64,000 bases of DNA from assembly GCA_905479815.1 (NCBI GenBank), contig CAJQOA010000019.1:758-64757 (forward strand). The letters run 5' to 3'. Below are positions 10,986-21,289 of the stretch, in pieces (position 1 is the first letter of the stretch; each line of letters begins with the position of its first letter). Source of the stretch: an uncultured Psychroserpens sp. (lineage in GTDB: Bacteria > Bacteroidota > Bacteroidia > Flavobacteriales > Flavobacteriaceae). The notes under the pieces are model-generated. The model saw nothing but the letters and a program-made list of their open reading frames with translations, did not search any database and had not been told where the DNA came from. The position numbers and the translations under genes are program-made.

Positions 10986-11012
10986 TACCTTTGCAGTCAA
11001 TTATAATTGACT
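10986..11012 (+). promoter_or_regulatory. Bacteroidota -7 promoter element followed by a perfect 18-bp palindrome
   Basis: TACCTTTG at 10986-10993; AGTCAATTATAATTGACT at 10995-11012 abutting ATG 11013. Confidence 0.65.
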
Positions 11013-12134
11013 ATGGATACCACATTTTTTGACTTAGGAATTTCTAAACCACTCATCAAAGGTTTAAAGGAGCTCAATATAAAAACGCCAACTCAAATAC
11101 AAGAGGAAGCGATACCTGTTTTATTAAAAAATAAAACAGATTTTATTGGATTAGCACAAACTGGAACTGGTAAAACTGCTGCTTTTGGTTTGCCAATATT
11201 GCAAAAAATTAATCCTAAAAAAGATCATATACAAGCTTTGATACTAGCTCCTACAAGAGAATTGGTACAACAAATACAAAAGCAACTCTTTAAGTTCACG
11301 AAGTATAGTGAGCACAAGATTTTTGCAGAAGGTGTTTATGGTGGTGAAAAAATGGATATTCAATTAAAACGTTTACAACGCGCAACACATATTATTGTTG
11401 CGACTCCAGGACGTTTGTTAGATTTTATTGAACGTGGTGAAATAGATATCAAAAACATTGACACATTGGTAATGGATGAAGCTGATGAAATGTTGAGTAT
11501 GGGGTTTAAGCAGGATTTGAATAAAATCTTGGAGTTTACAACAGGAAAGAGAAATACGTGGTTGTTTTCTGCAACGATGCCTGAGGAAATTAAGAGTATG
11601 GTGAAAACGTACATGTCATCTGATGCTGTACGTGTTGAAATAGATAAAAATAGTTTGGTAAATGCCAATATTAGTCATCATTATATAGTGACGTCTATTA
11701 AAGAGAAAGCCAATATGGTTGCAAGATTGTTAGACAAATACGATGATGATAGAGGTATTATTTTTTGTAGAACTAAAGCAGGAACTGTTCAATTGACTGA
11801 AATTTTAAAAGCAGAAGGATTCTCAGTTGATGCACTCCAAGGTGATATGCAACAAAAAGAGCGTGATAAAGTGATGAGAGCATTTAAGAACGGATCACTT
11901 CAATATTTGATTTCTACAGATGTTTCTGCAAGAGGAATTGATGTTAATAATTTAGCGTTTATAGTTCATCATCAATTACCAGATCAATTAGAATATTACA
12001 CACATAGAAGTGGAAGAACGGCTAGAGCAGGAAAAACAGGAGAATCTATAGCGCTTATCATTTCTGGTGAAGAGAAAGATATCCAAAAAATGCAAAAAGA
12101 TTTAGACATTAAGTTTAGACAAATGGATATATAA
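11013..12134 (+). CDS. DEAD-box RNA helicase (minimal core)
   Basis: Q motif PTQIQ, AQTGTGKT, PTRELV, TPGRL, DEAD, SAT, HRSGRTAR. Confidence 0.95.
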   Translation: MDTTFFDLGISKPLIKGLKELNIKTPTQIQEEAIPVLLKNKTDFIGLAQTGTGKTAAFGLPILQKINPKKDHIQALILAPTRELVQQIQKQLFKFTKYSEHKIFAEGVYGGEKMDIQLKRLQRATHIIVATPGRLLDFIERGEIDIKNIDTLVMDEADEMLSMGFKQDLNKILEFTTGKRNTWLFSATMPEEIKSMVKTYMSSDAVRVEIDKNSLVNANISHHYIVTSIKEKANMVARLLDKYDDDRGIIFCRTKAGTVQLTEILKAEGFSVDALQGDMQQKERDKVMRAFKNGSLQYLISTDVSARGIDVNNLAFIVHHQLPDQLEYYTHRSGRTARAGKTGESIALIISGEEKDIQKMQKDLDIKFRQMDI

Positions 12135-12196
12135 AAAATTATCAAAATCTTATTAAAAAATAGCTCGTATACTCATATAATTAGTATACTTTCGCA

Positions 12197-12280
12197 GTCA
12201 CTTAAATGAGTAGCAATACTTGTTTAGGTATTACACAAATTAGAACTCCTTAGTATGGTCACTAAGGAGTTCGCTTTTTT
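12197..12280 (+). ncRNA. Candidate small RNA or attenuated leader (GNRA hairpin plus intrinsic terminator)
   Basis: Promoter-like TACTTTCG 12187-12194; 12-bp stem CTTAAATGAGTA-GCAA-TACTTGTTTAGG 12201-12228; terminator follows. Confidence 0.55.
12243..12280 (+). terminator. Rho-independent terminator
   Basis: GAACTCCTTAGT-atggtc-ACTAAGGAGTTC followed by gcTTTTTT. Confidence 0.85.
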
Positions 12281-12377
12281 ATAACATCTTGGTTATTTAA
12301 AATTTCAATAATATTTTGGGAAAAATATTCGATAAGAACTCATAAAGGCTTTAATTTTGTAATTCTTAAAACATTAC

Positions 12378-13931
12378 ATGAGCCAAGACAAATTAGCACT
12401 TCAACCCAAGAAAACAGATAAGGAACTATATAGTTATCAGAAAGGAGCAATTAATGAAATTTTTGAAAAATTTGAAACTGCACCAGATGATTATCATTTG
12501 CTTTACCAGCTTCCAACTGGAGGAGGGAAGACGGTTATTTTTTCTGAAATGGTTCGTCAATACTTAAAAACGCACAAAAAGAAAGTATTAGTAATGACTC
12601 ACAGAGTCGAATTATGTAAGCAAACATCTGTGATGCTTACTAGTTTTGGTGTGACTAATAAAGTTGTTGATAGTAAAGCAAATCTTGATGATCAAGAAGA
12701 GTATAGTTGCTATGTTGCGATGGTTGAAACCTTAAACAATCGTCTTAATGATGGTATTCTTGATATTTCTGGTGTTGGTTTAGTTATTATTGATGAAGCG
12801 CACTATAACTCATTTACTAAATTATTTAAATTTTTTGAGAACTCTTTTATCTTAGGAGTAACAGCTACACCATTAAGTTCTAATAAAGATTTACCAATGA
12901 AAGGTAATTATAGTGAACTTATTGCTGGTGAAACGATTGAATCTTTAATAGACAATGAATTTTTAGCGCGAGCAGAGGTTTATCAATATGATATGGGATT
13001 AACATCCCTAGAGGTTGGAAGTAATGGTGATTATACGGTTAAATCATCAGAAGATTTATACTCTAGTCCTGCCATGTTAGATAAATTATTGGAGGCTTAC
13101 AAGAAACATTCTGCAGGAAAAAAAGCTTTGATCTTTAATAATGGTATTAATACCTCTATTATGGTATATCATACCTTTAGAGAAGCAGGATTGCCAATTA
13201 TGCATCTTGACAATACAGCGACTAAAAAACAGCGTAAAGAAATATTAAAGTGGTTTAAAGAGACTCCAGATGCTATTTTATCATCTGTAAGTATATTAAC
13301 TACTGGTTTTGATGAACCTACTATTGATACGATTATTTTAAATAGAGCTACAAAATCGCTCACACTATATTACCAAATGATTGGTAGAGGGTCGAGAATA
13401 TTATATAATAAATCAAAGTTTACGGTTATAGATTTAGGTAACAATAATCATAGATTTGGCCCTTGGGGAGCAGATTTAGATTGGCAAACGATTTTTAGAT
13501 CGCCTAACTATTTCATGGATAGACTTAAGGATGACGAAGCTATTGAAGGTGAATTTAAGCATGAAATGCCTGAAGAACTTCGTAAAGAGTTTTCAAAATC
13601 TGAGGATGTTTATTTTGATATAAAACAAGTCTATAAAGATGCTACTTTTAAGGGCATATCTTCTAAAGTTGTTTTAGAACGCTCTATCGAGCAGCATGCA
13701 AAAATATGTATTGAGAATAGTGAAGATGTTTATGATGCTTTGGCTTTAGCAAAACAATTAGGTGGAGATATAGATGTTAGAATTGATGTTTATGCTAAGT
13801 GTATTAGTAAAAGCACATACAATTTCTTGAGTTGGTTACGAGATGATTATCGCAAAAAATTAAATAGTTATTTGCGCGCTAATTTTGATGACGTTTTTGA
13901 ACAGATTCATGGTTTTCCACCAGAAGAATAA
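12378..13931 (+). CDS. SF2 DEAH-type helicase (ResIII/RadD-YejH-like)
   Basis: QLPTGGGKT, DEAH, TATP, GFDEP, YQMIGRGSR; own TAATTTTG element at 12352. Confidence 0.88.
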   Translation: MSQDKLALQPKKTDKELYSYQKGAINEIFEKFETAPDDYHLLYQLPTGGGKTVIFSEMVRQYLKTHKKKVLVMTHRVELCKQTSVMLTSFGVTNKVVDSKANLDDQEEYSCYVAMVETLNNRLNDGILDISGVGLVIIDEAHYNSFTKLFKFFENSFILGVTATPLSSNKDLPMKGNYSELIAGETIESLIDNEFLARAEVYQYDMGLTSLEVGSNGDYTVKSSEDLYSSPAMLDKLLEAYKKHSAGKKALIFNNGINTSIMVYHTFREAGLPIMHLDNTATKKQRKEILKWFKETPDAILSSVSILTTGFDEPTIDTIILNRATKSLTLYYQMIGRGSRILYNKSKFTVIDLGNNNHRFGPWGADLDWQTIFRSPNYFMDRLKDDEAIEGEFKHEMPEELRKEFSKSEDVYFDIKQVYKDATFKGISSKVVLERSIEQHAKICIENSEDVYDALALAKQLGGDIDVRIDVYAKCISKSTYNFLSWLRDDYRKKLNSYLRANFDDVFEQIHGFPPEE

Positions 13932-13940
13932 TTAGATTAC

Positions 13941-13991
13941 TAGAAACAAAAAAGACTATTACAACGTATGTAATAGTCTTTTTTGTTTCTA
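13941..13991. terminator. Bidirectional terminator, perfect 23-bp inverted repeat
   Basis: TAGAAACAAAAAAGACTATTACA-acgta-TGTAATAGTCTTTTTTGTTTCTA between convergent genes. Confidence 0.85.
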
Positions 13992-14002
13992 TATGCTTTC
14001 TC

Positions 14003-14155
14003 TTACTTGTTTACGATAAGTGCATGTATAACACCAGGAATCCAAGCGAAAAGTGTAAGAATAATATTGATTACTAGATCCTTTCCAGCGCCATGCTTCA
14101 TAAATACTGCTACTGGTGGTAAAAGAATGCTTAATATTATTGTAAGTAATGACAT
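14003..14155 (-). CDS. yqaE: YqaE/Pmp3 family proteolipid membrane potential modulator (50 aa, absent from ORF track)
   Basis: Manual translation MSLLTIILSILLPPVAVFMKHGAGKDLVINIILTLFAWIPGVIHALIVNK* shows Pmp3 signatures LPPVAV and W.PG..HA. Confidence 0.9.
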   Translation of the reverse strand: MSLLTIILSILLPPVAVFMKHGAGKDLVINIILTLFAWIPGVIHALIVNK

Positions 14156-14368
14156 GATATATTATTTTGATTATTAAATTAATACGTTGGACAAATATAC
14201 ATATTGTATGCTAGTTTATTTTTTACTTAAAATTTTAGTGTGAAACCCAATTGGATGTCAATTGACTTTTAGTTGATGATGAAAACTCCTATTGTTTTGT
14301 AAAATGTTAATTAACATCTATGTAAATCAATATTGTCGTATCTTATAATTCCATTAAATACTTTGATT

Positions 14369-14914
14369 ATGAAATATAATGTAATGATCATTTTACTGTC
14401 TTTTGGATTGTTTTTTAATTGTAGCTCTTCAAAAACAACAGCAACAGCAGCTCAAATTGCTGCTTTAGATCAACTAGTAAATAGTCAATCATTCGTTATT
14501 GAATCTGATTGGGCTTTGCCGCAGTCTACTGGTAGTCTCATGGCTTTACAAAATGCAGGTTTTTTTGTAGCTGGAGATAGTGCAAGTCGTATTAGTTTAA
14601 TAGGTAATCCAAATGAACTAAAATTAAATAACGACGTCGTATCGTCTAAGCTTCCATACTTTGGAGAAGTGCAATCAACCACTGGATATAATGGATCTAA
14701 TAGCAGTATTAGTTTTGAAGGCGAAATGAAAGATTATCGTGTTATAAAAAATGACAATAGTAGTTATACAATAGTATTTGATGCTAGGAGTCATTCTGAA
14801 AACTTTGATGTCACTATTCACTTATATCCAAATCTCCGGAGTGAAATTATATTAAAGGGAGCAAAGCGCTTTCCTATTCGTTATACGGGTTTTGTGAGTT
14901 CTATTTCAGAATAG
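14369..14914 (+). CDS. DUF4251 lipoprotein
   Basis: Lipobox FFNC; FVIESDWALP, LPYFGE motifs. Confidence 0.8.
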   Translation: MKYNVMIILLSFGLFFNCSSSKTTATAAQIAALDQLVNSQSFVIESDWALPQSTGSLMALQNAGFFVAGDSASRISLIGNPNELKLNNDVVSSKLPYFGEVQSTTGYNGSNSSISFEGEMKDYRVIKNDNSSYTIVFDARSHSENFDVTIHLYPNLRSEIILKGAKRFPIRYTGFVSSISE

Positions 14915-14970
14915 AATTAATTAATCATTATAGCTTCATGTATAAGATTTATAATCTATATATGCCATAT

Positions 14971-15669
14971 CTATTTTAATAATTCATTGACATTAGCCTT
15001 ATACATTTTACCAATGGGAATGATATAATCGTCTATATGGATTCTATTACCTTCGATACTTGTAATATGCGTTCTAGATATCGCAAATGACTTATGTACT
15101 TTTATGAATTCTTCTTGAGGTAAGGATTTTAACATATCTGAAACCTTCTCTCTAACAGTAATCGAATCCATTGTAGTCACCACTTTAGTGTAATTACCAG
15201 AAGCTTCAATAAACAAAATGGTGTTAATATCAACTTGGATATAGCTCTTGTTTTGTCTTAGAAATATTTGGTTAGTGGTTGTTTTGTTTTCTTCGGAAGA
15301 TTCTTGCTTATTAGAATTATTTGGAACTACAACTTTGTTTATAGCTTTTAGGAAACGCTCAAAGCTAAATGGCTTTAATAAATAATCAACGATACTAAGC
15401 TCATAACCTTCAATTGCAAACTCACTATAAGCGGTTGTGACTATTATTTTTGGAGGAGAAGCTAACGTTTTTAAGAAATCAAACCCTTTTAATTTTGGCA
15501 TATTTAAATCTAAAAAAATAAGATCCACAGGATGCTTACTCAAATAATCTAAAGCTTCAATTGCATCATAACAATCGGCCTTAAACTCCAAGTTTGGAAG
15601 CATATCACAATACCTTTTTATGATATCATGTGCAATATGCTCATCATCTATAATGAGGTACTTGATCAT
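14971..15669 (-). CDS. LytTR family response regulator
   Basis: Receiver DDE / FLDLNMP / DYLLKP; LytTR FIKVHKSF. Confidence 0.95.
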   Translation of the reverse strand: MIKYLIIDDEHIAHDIIKRYCDMLPNLEFKADCYDAIEALDYLSKHPVDLIFLDLNMPKLKGFDFLKTLASPPKIIVTTAYSEFAIEGYELSIVDYLLKPFSFERFLKAINKVVVPNNSNKQESSEENKTTTNQIFLRQNKSYIQVDINTILFIEASGNYTKVVTTMDSITVREKVSDMLKSLPQEEFIKVHKSFAISRTHITSIEGNRIHIDDYIIPIGKMYKANVNELLK

Positions 15670-16460
15670 AATTTTTTAATATTCAGTTGAGCTTTATAAA
15701 CAGCATCTGTTTTTGTTATGGATAAGGTATGATTTTTTGGATACACTAATTCTAATCTACGTTTAAGGTTGTTCATACCAATACCTCCATGCTCATTAAC
15801 AATGGTATTATCAAAATTATTTTCTATAACAAATTTTACTTCATTATTTTCTGCTTTCATATCTATATGCACAAATGCATTGTTCCTCAAATTTTCTACA
15901 CCATGCTTAAAAGCATTTTCTAAAAGGATGATAAAAAGAAGTGGCATTATCTCATAATCATTACCTTCTATATCTATCTTAAATTCCACATCAATGGTTT
16001 TATGATAACGCATTTTATGCAACTCTATATAGTTTTGCAAATAACTAATTTCTTCAGAAAGTAACACGGTTTCTTTTTGCCCATCATAGATACTATAACG
16101 CATCATGTCTGACAATTTCAAAATTAGTTCCTGCGCTTTCTTAGAATCTTTGTCTACCAAACCATAAAGGTTATTGAGCATATTAAAGAAGAAGTGCGGA
16201 TTTACCTGACTCTTTAAATGCATGAGTTCGGTTTGAGCTTTTTCTTTTTTTAATCTAATAATCGATTTGATTTGTTTAAATAACCAATGTGAAACAGTAA
16301 TCAAAACAATTATAAAATAGAACGCAATAAACTCTACAAAACCTTCTAGTCTACCAAAAGTATCATTAAAAATGATAATAATTATACCAATAAAAATAAG
16401 CGCTACTTTATAAATGCGCTTTATAATTTTCTTTTTTCTATCGGGTATTTTAAAATTCAT
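15666..16460 (-). CDS. LytS/YehU-type sensor histidine kinase
   Basis: Two TM segments; LKSQVNPHFFFN H-box; ENAFKHG; GGIGM.N. Confidence 0.93.
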   Translation of the reverse strand: MNFKIPDRKKKIIKRIYKVALIFIGIIIIIFNDTFGRLEGFVEFIAFYFIIVLITVSHWLFKQIKSIIRLKKEKAQTELMHLKSQVNPHFFFNMLNNLYGLVDKDSKKAQELILKLSDMMRYSIYDGQKETVLLSEEISYLQNYIELHKMRYHKTIDVEFKIDIEGNDYEIMPLLFIILLENAFKHGVENLRNNAFVHIDMKAENNEVKFVIENNFDNTIVNEHGGIGMNNLKRRLELVYPKNHTLSITKTDAVYKAQLNIKKL

Positions 16461-16501
16461 AAATCAATATTAATTAAATAAAACACTTCAAACAAATAAG
16501 T

Positions 16502-16532
16502 TGACAAACAGTTCAAATTGTGTGATAAACAG
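16502..16532. promoter_or_regulatory. Putative LytTR-binding direct repeat
   Basis: TGACAAACAG (16502) and TGATAAACAG (16523), 21 bp apart, in the divergent promoter. Confidence 0.45.
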
Positions 16533-16667
16533 ATATTGAGTTGTTATATAATGCTCTTGTAACATGTAATTGTATGTGTGTCACTCGCTAACGGCTATAT
16601 ATCCCAAATCCTTTTTAGGTGTGTAATTACTTGATATGTTTGTCTCAATCAATCAAAAATCAACAGT

Positions 16668-17555
16668 ATGGAACTCATTATTGACAATCTATCAAAAACG
16701 TATTCAAATGGTATTAAAGCATTACAAAATATTTCCTTAGAAATTCCTAAAGGAATGTTTGGTTTACTAGGACCCAATGGTGCCGGAAAATCAACCTTGA
16801 TGCGCACAATTGCTACGCTGCAAGAGGCCGACAGTGGTTCTATCTCTTTAGGAGATATAGATGTGTTAAAACAAAAAAATGAGTTGCGACAGGTATTAGG
16901 ATATTTACCACAGCAATTTGGTTTGTATCCTAAAATATCTGCCGAAGTATTACTCAATCATTTTGCAGTACTAAAAGGCATTGCCAATAAAAGCGAACGT
17001 CAAGAATTAGTGAAAGCACTTTTACATAAGACCAATCTTTATGAGGTGAGAAAACAAAACCTTAAAGGCTATTCTGGCGGAATGAAACAACGTTTTGGGA
17101 TCGCTCAAGCACTACTTAATAATCCTAAACTACTCATAGTAGATGAACCAACTGCAGGATTGGATCCTGTAGAACGAAATCGATTTTATAACGTATTAAG
17201 TGAGCTAGGAGAACATACAGTAGTGATTCTCTCTACACACATTGTGGATGATGTTAAAGAACTTTGTACGAACATGGCGATTATTAATCAAGGACAAGTT
17301 TGTTTAAAAGGAAATCCGCTACAAATCATAGAAGATTTAAAAGGAAAGGTTTATAAAAAAACAATTGAAAAGCCAGAGTTAGAAGCTTACAAGCAAAACT
17401 ATCAAGTTATTAGTGAGAAACTATTTCTTGGAAAGCCAACCATTCATATCTTAAGGGATGAAAATCCAGGAGATGGTTTTTCTAGCATTAATGCCGATTT
17501 AGAAGATGTGTATTTCTCTCAAATATTCAGTCATACGAATTCTAAATCTATTTAG
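16668..17555 (+). CDS. ABC transporter ATP-binding protein
   Basis: GPNGAGKS, YSGGMKQR, IVDEPT, STH. Confidence 0.95.
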   Translation: MELIIDNLSKTYSNGIKALQNISLEIPKGMFGLLGPNGAGKSTLMRTIATLQEADSGSISLGDIDVLKQKNELRQVLGYLPQQFGLYPKISAEVLLNHFAVLKGIANKSERQELVKALLHKTNLYEVRKQNLKGYSGGMKQRFGIAQALLNNPKLLIVDEPTAGLDPVERNRFYNVLSELGEHTVVILSTHIVDDVKELCTNMAIINQGQVCLKGNPLQIIEDLKGKVYKKTIEKPELEAYKQNYQVISEKLFLGKPTIHILRDENPGDGFSSINADLEDVYFSQIFSHTNSKSI

Positions 17556-17557
17556 TC

Positions 17558-20500
17558 ATGTGGTATAACATTTTTAAGTTCGAAATACAATATCGAATTA
17601 AGCGACCAGACACGTACATCTTCTTTTTATTTCTTTTTCTCTTTTCTATTGTTGGTGTAGATTTTATTTTTCAAGGAGCAGATTTTGGAACCATGAAAAA
17701 AAATTCACCAATAGTGATTGCAAAAACAATGGGAGCCATTACTGGTATCTTTATGATTTTGGCTTCAATGATAATGGGAGTTTCTGTATTAAGAGATTTT
17801 GAATATGAAATCGAATCGTTAATTTTTTCTACACCAATCAAGAAAAAGGATTATTTACTGGGTCGATTTTTAGGCTCGTTTACTGTTTTACTATTCGTAT
17901 TTACTGGTGTTTTATTTGGAATGATGCTAGGCGAATTTATGCCTTGGCATAATCCAAATGATCTATTAGAATTTAATGTAATAAGGTATTTAGAGCTTTT
18001 TTTTATAATAACCTTACCTAGCTTATTTTTTGGAGCATCTCTGTTTTTTGTCACTGGAGCTTTGAGTAGAAAATTAGTTGTGGTTTATACACAAGGTATC
18101 GTTTTGTTTGTGGTCTTTATGTTGACCAAATCTATCACTAACGAGTTTTGGCAAGCCATTTTAGATCCATTCTCATTAACAACTACAACTTTTGTTACAA
18201 AGTCTTGGTCTGTTTTAGAAAAAAGTACACAAAGTATTCCTTTCGTTGGAGCACTTGTGTTTAACAAAATGTTTTGGTCTGTACTTGGAGTGCTTGCGCT
18301 GTTTTATGGTTATAAAAAATTCAATTTTAATGTTATTAAAAATAAGCGATCTAAAAGAAAACAAGTACAAAATTTAGATATTAAAACTGCTTATGATAAC
18401 AGTTCGATAGTTATTCCAGAGGCGAAAAAACAATATGGTTTGCTGTCAAAATGGACACAGCTAAAGCAGTTTTCTTGGTTTTATTTTTTAAGTATTTGTA
18501 AGCAGCCTTCATTTTGGGCCATCGTTATTTGTGGTATGATTATTATTCTAGTTAATTCTGTAAGCCTTGGTACAGTCTATGGAGTTGATAGTTATCCAGC
18601 GACCTATTTTATTGTTGAAGAACTCCAAGAAATGTCTCTCTACTTTTTCATCATCATTTTGGTGTTTTATTCTGGAGAATTAGTTTGGAAAGAACGAGGC
18701 GCAAAATTAAACTTGATTTATGATGCCACACCAATGTCTAGTTTTATAAATCTCGCAGGCAAATATATTGGGCTTAATCTTATTTATATTGTTATAATGA
18801 TCACTTTAATTAGTTCTGGAATTATTTTTCAGACCATAAGTGGTTATTATAACTACGAGCTCACAGTGTATTTTTCTGGTTTTTTTATTGAAATTTTACC
18901 GTTTTTAGCATTATTTACGCTTGTATCTTTCTTTATTCAAGCGCTTGTAAACCACAAATTTGTGGGCATTATGGTAGTTGTTATTCTATTTATTGCGACC
19001 ATTACCTTGGGTGTATTTGGCTTTGATCATGATTTGTATTTTTTTGGAGGTAGTTCTTTAGGAACGTATTCTGATATGAATGGTTATGGACATTATTTAA
19101 AGCCCTATGTATTGATTAAATCCTACTGGTTGTTCTTCGGAATGCTATTACTCATTATAGGATCACTTTTTATAGTAAGAGGTGCAGAAACTAATTTTGT
19201 AAAACGTTTAAAAGCTGCCAAGTATAGAATAAGCAAACCACTTTTTGTATTTGGAAGTAGTATTACTGGACTATTTATTATTCTTGGGAGTTTCATTTTT
19301 TATAATACCAATGTTTTAAATACTTACTGGACTAATTCTGATGCTGTCGCCTTTAGAGTTTCTTATGAGAAAACATTAAAACAGTTTGAATATATACCAC
19401 AACCAAAAATTGTAGACGTTAACTTAAAAGTAGAACTCTATCCTTCATCAAGAAATTATACGGCTGAAGGGTATTATATTTTGAAAAACACCAATAAGCA
19501 ACCCATTAATGAGATTCATATTCAAAAACTAATTGAAAACAATGTCACATTAGAGGCTATCACATTTGAAGGAGGCGCAACAGAAAACAGTAAATACACG
19601 ACCTATGATTATACCATCTATCAGTTGAATAACACTTTGAATCCTGGTGAGTCTATTAAAATGAATTTTAAGCAATTATTCATTACTAAAGGGTTTGAAG
19701 CTGGTAATTCAAATTCTAATATTGTAGAAAATGGCACATTTTTTAACAATAAAGATTTTCCTACAATTGGCTACAATAAGAAATATGAGTTAAGTGATAA
19801 CGGTGAACGCTCAGAATATAATTTACCAGAAAGATCAAACAGAGCTAATAGAACTGATGTGAAAGAATTAATGAATGCAAGATCTGGTGGTGATTCAGAT
19901 GGTATTAATTTTGAAATGATCATAGGAACAGAAATAGACCAAACAGCAATTGCTCCAGGACGTATCATAAAACAATGGACAGAGAATAATCGTAATTACT
20001 ACCATTATAAAATGGAACAACCAATTATTAATTTTTATGCGATGGTATCTGCTCGTTATGAATTAAAAAAAGACACATGGACTTTAAAATCTGACTCCAT
20101 CGAAAAACAAATTGATCTAGAAATCTACTATCATAAAGGACATGACTACAACACCGATAGAATGATGCGATCTATGAAAGCTTCGTTAGACTATTACAGT
20201 ACACATTTTAGTCCGTATCAATATGAACAGTTGCGTATCATGGAGTTTCCACGTTATGCTCAATTTGCGCAATCATTTCCTGGTACTGTTCCATTTTCGG
20301 AATCTATAGGGTTTGTGTTAAATATTGATGATGAAACAGATATTGATATGGCATTCTATATCACAGCTCACGAAGTTGCACACCAATGGTTTGGTATGTA
20401 AGTAGAAGCAGCTAATGTCAAAGGACAACATCTCATTTTAGAAACCTTGTCTCAATATGCAGCGATGATGGTTTTGAAGCAACACTATCCTGAAGAAAAA

Positions 20501-20836
20501 GTAGAACAATTTTTAGAGCTGCAATTAGAGAAATACCAAGATGGTAAACGCAGAGAACCTGGAGTAGAGCCTACTTTAGCATTAGTTGAAAACCAAAAGT
20601 ATATTTATTATGCTAAAGGCGCATTACATATGTTCGAGCTACAAAAAGCGATAGGCGAGGACCAATTGAATATGGCTTTAAAGCAATTTATAGACGATTG
20701 GAATACACACAATGGGAAAATGAAAAAACTGACTAATAGATATGCTACGAGTAAAGATTTACTCAATTATTTTAGAGATGTAACACCTGATGACAAAAAG
20801 TATATGATTATAGATTTATTTGAAACTGTAGATTAA
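17558..20836 (+). pseudogene. ABC-2 permease / M1 aminopeptidase fusion interrupted by in-frame TAA at 20399-20401
   Basis: ORFs 17558-20401 and 20447-20836 share one frame; read-through gives HEVAHQWFGM*VEAANVKGQHLILETLSQY (HExxH...E zinc motif). Confidence 0.8.
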
Positions 20837-20902
20837 GTAATGCAATACAATTACAACGATGACTATAAAAAAATGAATCAAAGTTGTAAAGATGATAGAG
20901 CT

Positions 20903-21094
20903 CTAATCGATGCCTAATTCATCTTTAAGTTCATCTAGTTTTTCCTTAGCCTTTAGTAAAGTTGTTTTATTGTCTTCATAGGATAACGTGATTTTAATAG
21001 AACAGTTATTACAAGTGAATTGCTCTCCTTTTATAATATCATTAAAATCAAACACAATTGGAGTTTTACATTTTGGACATGGTATAGCAGGCAT
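20903..21094 (-). CDS. Small zinc-ribbon protein
   Basis: CPKC...CNNC plus C-terminal helix. Confidence 0.65.
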   Translation of the reverse strand: MPAIPCPKCKTPIVFDFNDIIKGEQFTCNNCSIKITLSYEDNKTTLLKAKEKLDELKDELGID

Positions 21095-21289
21095 AGTGTG
21101 AGTGTTTCTATAAAAATAGTCATTTAAACTTACTAAGTTCAGAACTCTTAGGAAATAATTTACTCTCTTTTATAATTAATCAAAAACATATAAAATCATC
21201 AACACATTAAATAGTAGTCTGTCAATTCTTTGATGGCTATTTGTTTATTATCTTTAATCCATAAATCATCATCACATCAAAACATAATC

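Noticed and set aside
12378-13931. Type III restriction or anti-phage helicase
   Set aside because: No adjacent methyltransferase or nuclease domain; looks like a stand-alone RadD/YejH-like helicase
13941-13991. MITE or IS end suggested by the 23-bp perfect inverted repeat
   Set aside because: Only a 5-nt loop, A/T tracts on both sides, convergent genes and a single copy fit a bidirectional terminator
13983-14177. 64-aa + strand ORF
   Set aside because: Antisense shadow of yqaE/Pmp3
20399-20401. Programmed read-through or recoding (Sec/Pyl, alternative code)
   Set aside because: The codon is TAA, the usual stop for genes in this window; no recoding signal seen, so mutation or error is simpler
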